Below the pieces are notes generated by a model that was not told the DNA's origin, made no database searches, and saw only the letters and a list, made by a program, of their open reading frames with translations. From Candidatus Woesearchaeota archaeon (GTDB lineage: Archaea; Nanobdellota; Nanobdellia; Woesearchaeales; UBA11576), in NCBI GenBank assembly GCA_016208715.1, contig JACQXV010000195.1, positions 1 through 57,604 on the forward strand: a stretch of 57,604 nt of DNA, written 5' to 3'. Made by a program: the position numbers and the translations under genes. How positions within the stretch are numbered: position 1 is the stretch's first letter; each line of letters opens with the position of its first letter. Positions 53,856-57,604 of the stretch are shown piece by piece.

Positions 53856-55211
53856 TTACGTTGGCGTTTGAGCCGTGCTGTTTTCCGCGGTTGCGTTCTC
53901 TGCTGAAAATTTGCTTAAGCCTATCCCACCAAAAAGTGTGTAAATGTCCTGCTGTTGTCCTGACTGTGCTAAAGCTGGAACAGAGTTCGCTAGCCCCATC
54001 AGTTTACATGAGTTCTTTGCCTGTTCAATAGTGATCCTGCTACAATATTGTGCATCACGCGTTTGCAGCACGACTTGCAGATAGCATGAGTCTTTCCCGC
54101 GCGTCCCGTTGATGAACTCGCAAAAGTTCCCTTGAGTCTTGAATGTTGCAAGCATAGTGATGCATTGAGCGACATTGCTCTCGAAGTCGAATGTTTGGCA
54201 GAGCCCTGCTGCGCGGTTGGGTTCACGTACTGCCATTTGTTTAACAATCTCGAATGCCTCTTCCTTGGTTTTTCCTTCAAAGGGACCGGCGGGCTTTGGC
54301 GGCGTTGGCTGCGCTAGTGGCTGCGCAGGCTTAAGCGGCAGAAGTATTGGCTTAGGTGCTTCGGTTGGTGGAGTCTGTGCAGTAATGTTAGGTTTCTTCT
54401 CTTCAACGATGGGTACCTTCTTTCTTATTTCTTCGAGCTTTTGCTTTGCTATTTGTTCGGGTTCGATGGTGAAGATAAATCCTGATGTTGCTGTGTAATT
54501 TCCGTACAGCGCGTCCGTGCGTAATACGTATTCGCCGGGCGTGATGTCTTCTGGGAGCAGGAAGGTCACAACGCGTTGCGTTGTGGTGGCAATTGCGACA
54601 GTCTCTTGTTGCTCAAGAATGGTCTGGTCAGTTTCTTTTCGTAGGATTCTATAGCGTAGCGTGATATCATACGGCTGCAGCTTTCCAAAGTTAATGACGT
54701 CTGTCGTGAAGATGAAGTCCTCGCCAGGGATGGGGATGGTCGTCAGCTTGTTAACTTTCACGTCGAGGAGCGCTGTTGCTTCGGAAGGTTTTGCAGCAAG
54801 CACAAACATTTTGACATAAAAGAAGGACATGACTCCGCTCATTACGATGATTGCAATGAGCGCAAAGACGACGAGTTTGTGCTCCGCGTGGATTTCTTTT
54901 GCGGGTGCAGTGACGAGGTTAATTGCTGAATCAACTTCATAATATAGATATCCTTTGCTGACAAGAAATTCTTTGATTGTGTTGAGTGGGTATCCCGCGC
55001 GCTGTTGCTGCTGGATATAGTACGAGAGCTGCTGGATGCGTTGGTTTGCAGCAAGCTGCGGGTTTTGTTGGAGATTAATAACGTACTGGATCGAGCTCTC
55101 GACTTCTGCGCGATCATAGCCTGAATTGATGAGAAAGTTGTTGATTGCCTCAATTGTTTGTCCTGCTTGAAGTTGGGTGATAATATACGCAACGAGGCTT
55201 TGTTGTATCAT
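53856..55211 (-). CDS. Membrane protein (451 aa): two N-terminal helical repeats, TM, beta domain, Pro-rich linker, Cys-rich C-terminal domain
   Basis: The N-terminal motif is repeated (YIITQLQAGQTIEAINNFLINSGYDRAEVESSIQYV and YIQQQQRAGYPLNTIKEFLVSKGYLYYEVDSAINLV). TM segment VVFALIAIIVMSGVMSFFYV. PTPPKP-type linker. Confidence 0.55.
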   Translation of the reverse strand: MIQQSLVAYIITQLQAGQTIEAINNFLINSGYDRAEVESSIQYVINLQQNPQLAANQRIQQLSYYIQQQQRAGYPLNTIKEFLVSKGYLYYEVDSAINLVTAPAKEIHAEHKLVVFALIAIIVMSGVMSFFYVKMFVLAAKPSEATALLDVKVNKLTTIPIPGEDFIFTTDVINFGKLQPYDITLRYRILRKETDQTILEQQETVAIATTTQRVVTFLLPEDITPGEYVLRTDALYGNYTATSGFIFTIEPEQIAKQKLEEIRKKVPIVEEKKPNITAQTPPTEAPKPILLPLKPAQPLAQPTPPKPAGPFEGKTKEEAFEIVKQMAVREPNRAAGLCQTFDFESNVAQCITMLATFKTQGNFCEFINGTRGKDSCYLQVVLQTRDAQYCSRITIEQAKNSCKLMGLANSVPALAQSGQQQDIYTLFGGIGLSKFSAENATAENSTAQTPT

Positions 55212-55352
55212 ATAAGATACGAAATTGGTTTTTACTTATTTAAATATTGTGGGATGCGCACAAGCCGGGATGCACGATATCTATGAAGATGAAATTTAGA
55301 GGAAGGCGGATGGAAAGAAAGATTTATAATAACTCTCTTTTCTCAAATTAAG

Positions 55353-55645
55353 GTATTTGTTTAGCAGCGTCGCCACCGACCCGCGAGCGAATGCGGTGGT
55401 TTGATGTAGGTGCGACTTGCTTGTCGGTGCATTGAGCGTGTTGGGCTTTTTCATGATCATTCCTGCGACTCATGACATCCCCGAAGGGGATCCCTGTCAT
55501 TCGTCGACGCGAGGCAGGATTCCCAAAGGGATGCCGAGCGTCGCAGGAAGGATTATTCACAAAAAGCACGACTGCACCACGCAAATCACAACGGAAGATG
55601 GCGAGCGTCGTGGCGACGCTGCGATGTGAGTAGCTAAACAAATAC
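55353..55645. mobile_element. MITE-like element, B-type termini, 293 bp with a distinct interior
   Basis: About 40 nt at each end match the short-form copies at all but one position. An exact 8-bp TSD AAATTAAG sits at 55345-55352 and 55646-55653. The roughly 200-bp interior is unrelated to the other copies and contains several hairpins. Confidence 0.85.
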
Positions 55646-55673
55646 AAATTAAGCAAAAGTTGTGGTGGCGGCG

Positions 55674-56435
55674 ATGGTTGTTAGTGGAGAAGAACAAACA
55701 AATCAAGCTTCGAACGATGTCCTCCCTTCATCAGGTAGGCGCGAGACCGCAGTTCATGTGCGCATTGCTGACGTTCTCGCGGGCGAGTATACAAAACGAG
55801 AGGGGTGGGAACCAAATACGATAGATCTTGGTAATTTTCATTTTTCTCGCGTGAATCTGTTGGGAGTGATTGTTTCGGGCAGAGCGACAGGGGAGGGTCT
55901 CGCGTCATCGGTGTTGGTGCTTGATGATGGTTCTGGCCAGATCGTGTTGCGTTCATTCGACACGCGGTCTTTTTCGGTAGTGGTGGGTGATTTGGTGCTG
56001 GTGATTGGGCGTCCTCGTGAATTTGCTGGTGAGCGGTATGTTGTGCCTGAGATCGTTCGTAAATTAGATAACCCCAAGTGGGTTGATGTCCGAAAGCGGG
56101 AATTGGAACTTCTTGACGGCGAACGTTTAGATAAAAGAAACGCCGGAGATGCGGCAAGCGGTGCGACGGGGCAACAGAAGAGCGCGAGCGACGAAAGCAC
56201 AACAATTGTTGTGAGCGAAGAAGCGATATCGAACGTAAATACACAACCAGCAAAGAGCAATCCTGCCGAGAGAATTCTTGAAGTAATTCGTGCAAAAGAC
56301 TTAGGGTCAGGTGTCGCGTTTGAAGATATTTCTGCCGCATGCCCGGAGAGTGATGTTGAAGCATTTCTTCGTCGTCTGATCGAATCAGGAGACGTGTTTG
56401 AATTGCGGGCGGGAAAGTATAAGTCCCTTGAGTAA
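55674..56435 (+). CDS. RPA32/Stn1-like OB-fold protein with C-terminal winged helix
   Basis: The OB-fold pattern RVNLLGVIVS...VLDDGSGQIVLRSFD...GDLVLVIGRPREFAGERYVVPEIV is followed by an acidic linker and a wHTH-like tail. ATG at 55674 preferred over the track GTG. Confidence 0.6.
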   Translation: MVVSGEEQTNQASNDVLPSSGRRETAVHVRIADVLAGEYTKREGWEPNTIDLGNFHFSRVNLLGVIVSGRATGEGLASSVLVLDDGSGQIVLRSFDTRSFSVVVGDLVLVIGRPREFAGERYVVPEIVRKLDNPKWVDVRKRELELLDGERLDKRNAGDAASGATGQQKSASDESTTIVVSEEAISNVNTQPAKSNPAERILEVIRAKDLGSGVAFEDISAACPESDVEAFLRRLIESGDVFELRAGKYKSLE

Positions 56436-56451
56436 TTCGCGCGGGTTCTCT

Positions 56452-57321
56452 CTAGAAGAGAATGGGCGTAATGTAAGATTCGATGACGGCTGAAGCAAAG
56501 AGTATCACTAGTGATAAGATCAAGAGCGAGCTTGTATCAAAGAGTATTTTGTGAAATTTCTCATTCTGGGTGTGATGATTTATAATTGCCGCACCGATTA
56601 TGCCGCCGGCAAGGCCTGCAATCATATACGCGATCATTTCGGGAAGTCCATGGATGAAATATCTAGAAAATGAGAATGAGATCGTTTGCAAGTAGGCCAC
56701 GACCTTCGTGAATCCTATGGTTGCCGCGTACTTTTTGATGCCAATTTTGATGAGGTTGCCAATCGCGACGGCGACAACGCTCGCGTTCCAGGTGAGGATG
56801 AAAATTGCTCCGGCGCCGTAGATGAACGAGAAGATGATGCAGAAAATAAGAACTTTAAGGTTGTTGCTGAAGACACGTAAGAGTATCTGTGATGAAACTG
56901 CGTTGCTCGTGGCGCCATCGGCCGTATTCGCAACGGGTGCATTGATTTGTGCGATGGTGGTTGTTTGCTGCCGAAACATGACCGAGCTAATGTCTGCGGG
57001 AAGCACTACGTACCAGGTGACAAGGGCAACGGTCATTCCTAAGAAGAGAAAAATGTAGAATGCGATGAGTTTGCTGTGTTCTGTAAGGATGCCTTTCTCT
57101 GTTGGCAAGAGCAAATCTTTTTTCTCTTCAATTCGTATGGAGTGGAACATGAGAGGCGTTGCAGCAAAGACAATGAGAAAAATCATGACGAGATCTGCTT
57201 TATCCCGGAATACCCAATAACTCAAAAATAAACTGATGGATGAGATGAGAAGGCCGTAAAAGAATAGTTCCCACGGGCGTTTTTCCGCGCGCAAAGGACG
57301 GATGATCGATTCAAGAACCAT
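56452..57321 (-). CDS. SpoIIM-like (DUF95) integral membrane protein
   Basis: 289 aa with about 6 TM segments. FSNNLKVLIFCIIFSFIYGAGAIFILTWNASVVA is a pattern typical of the SpoIIM family. Confidence 0.6.
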   Translation of the reverse strand: MVLESIIRPLRAEKRPWELFFYGLLISSISLFLSYWVFRDKADLVMIFLIVFAATPLMFHSIRIEEKKDLLLPTEKGILTEHSKLIAFYIFLFLGMTVALVTWYVVLPADISSVMFRQQTTTIAQINAPVANTADGATSNAVSSQILLRVFSNNLKVLIFCIIFSFIYGAGAIFILTWNASVVAVAIGNLIKIGIKKYAATIGFTKVVAYLQTISFSFSRYFIHGLPEMIAYMIAGLAGGIIGAAIINHHTQNEKFHKILFDTSSLLILSLVILFASAVIESYITPILF

Positions 57322-57364
57322 GCTACTTTTATTTAAAAGACATTATTTAAATGTTTCTTGGGAA

Positions 57365-57479
57365 TGTACATGGAAAGCTTCGTCGGTAAGCAAACTTCGC
57401 CACATATGTACGACCAGCACCGCTCAGACGCGCTACGCGCATCTTCGCTCAATTTCCGCCACAGCCAGCTCGTGAGCGG
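57365..57479. repeat. D-type repeat copy 2 (115 bp shared with 19678-19792); related structured sequence may continue to the window edge
   Basis: 4 mismatches in 115 nt versus copy 1. Downstream sequence holds further hairpins (ATAAGGGA-atgc-TTCCCTTAT) and a GACATCCCC motif also found in the 55353 element. Confidence 0.7.
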
Positions 57480-57604
57480 ATACAGTTCATCTAAGGCCGA
57501 CATCCCCATAAGGGAATGCTTCCCTTATCAACCCACATCGTAGTATTTTGCTTCGCTCAATACTACTCAATGTTCGTCGTCCGGTTGGAGCGTAGCGAAA
57601 ACCG

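Noticed and set aside
2891-55645. Whether the recurring about 35-nt conserved arms form a CRISPR array
   Set aside because: Copies are kilobases apart and separated by genes. They occur as inverted arm pairs with TIRs and TSDs and have variable interiors. There are no regularly spaced direct repeats and no cas genes.
55348-55656. Track ORFs 55348-55656 (-) and 55417-55629 (+), and likewise 19677-19895, 57358-57543, 37737-37994, 37787-37987, 17257-17520 and 46053-46271
   Set aside because: Each is contained in, or runs through, a MITE or repeat copy. Similar peptides (MYVESFVGKRTSPHMYDQHRSDALRASSL...) arise because the DNA repeat is translated, not because of a conserved gene. They lack plausible starts or promoters and overlap on both strands.

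Overview
This is an archaeal chromosomal segment, about 47-48% GC except for an AT-rich left edge. The gene content looks like a small-genome, DPANN-like archaeon, but that lineage call is inference only. The backbone is information-processing genes: PolX, ATP-dependent DNA ligase, PCNA, PAN, RFC small subunit, MCM, TBP, TFE, Pelota, TyrRS, PheRS alpha and beta, L14e, L34e and an RPA-like OB-fold protein. It also carries a bacterial-type pta-ackA pair, two TrmB-family regulators and several peptidases. Three things stand out. (1) The intergenic space holds an unusually dense, modular family of hairpin-forming MITE-like elements. I read exact 8-bp or 9-bp target-site duplications for seven copies, and there are chimeric and truncated copies as well. 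Insertions sit at stop codons, promoters and one gene's 3' end. No cognate transposase is present in the window. (2) Two clusters of large, uncharacterised secreted or membrane proteins lie at 17.5-24.8 kb (minus strand) and 46.4-55.2 kb. The first includes three paralogous lipobox proteins. The second includes a 1111-aa Ig-repeat, Cys-rich protein with translationally coupled small membrane proteins. Together they are the best candidates for an undescribed cell-surface apparatus. (3) Smaller oddities: an in-frame TAG in the RFC small-subunit gene, a 109-nt perfectly identical patch shared by the two diverged TrmB paralogs, a pair of two-hairpin repeats fused to stop codons that show compensatory changes, an IS remnant, and a partial AT-rich HsdR-like restriction helicase gene running off the left edge that is absent from the ORF track. 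I found no rRNA, tRNA or CRISPR array.
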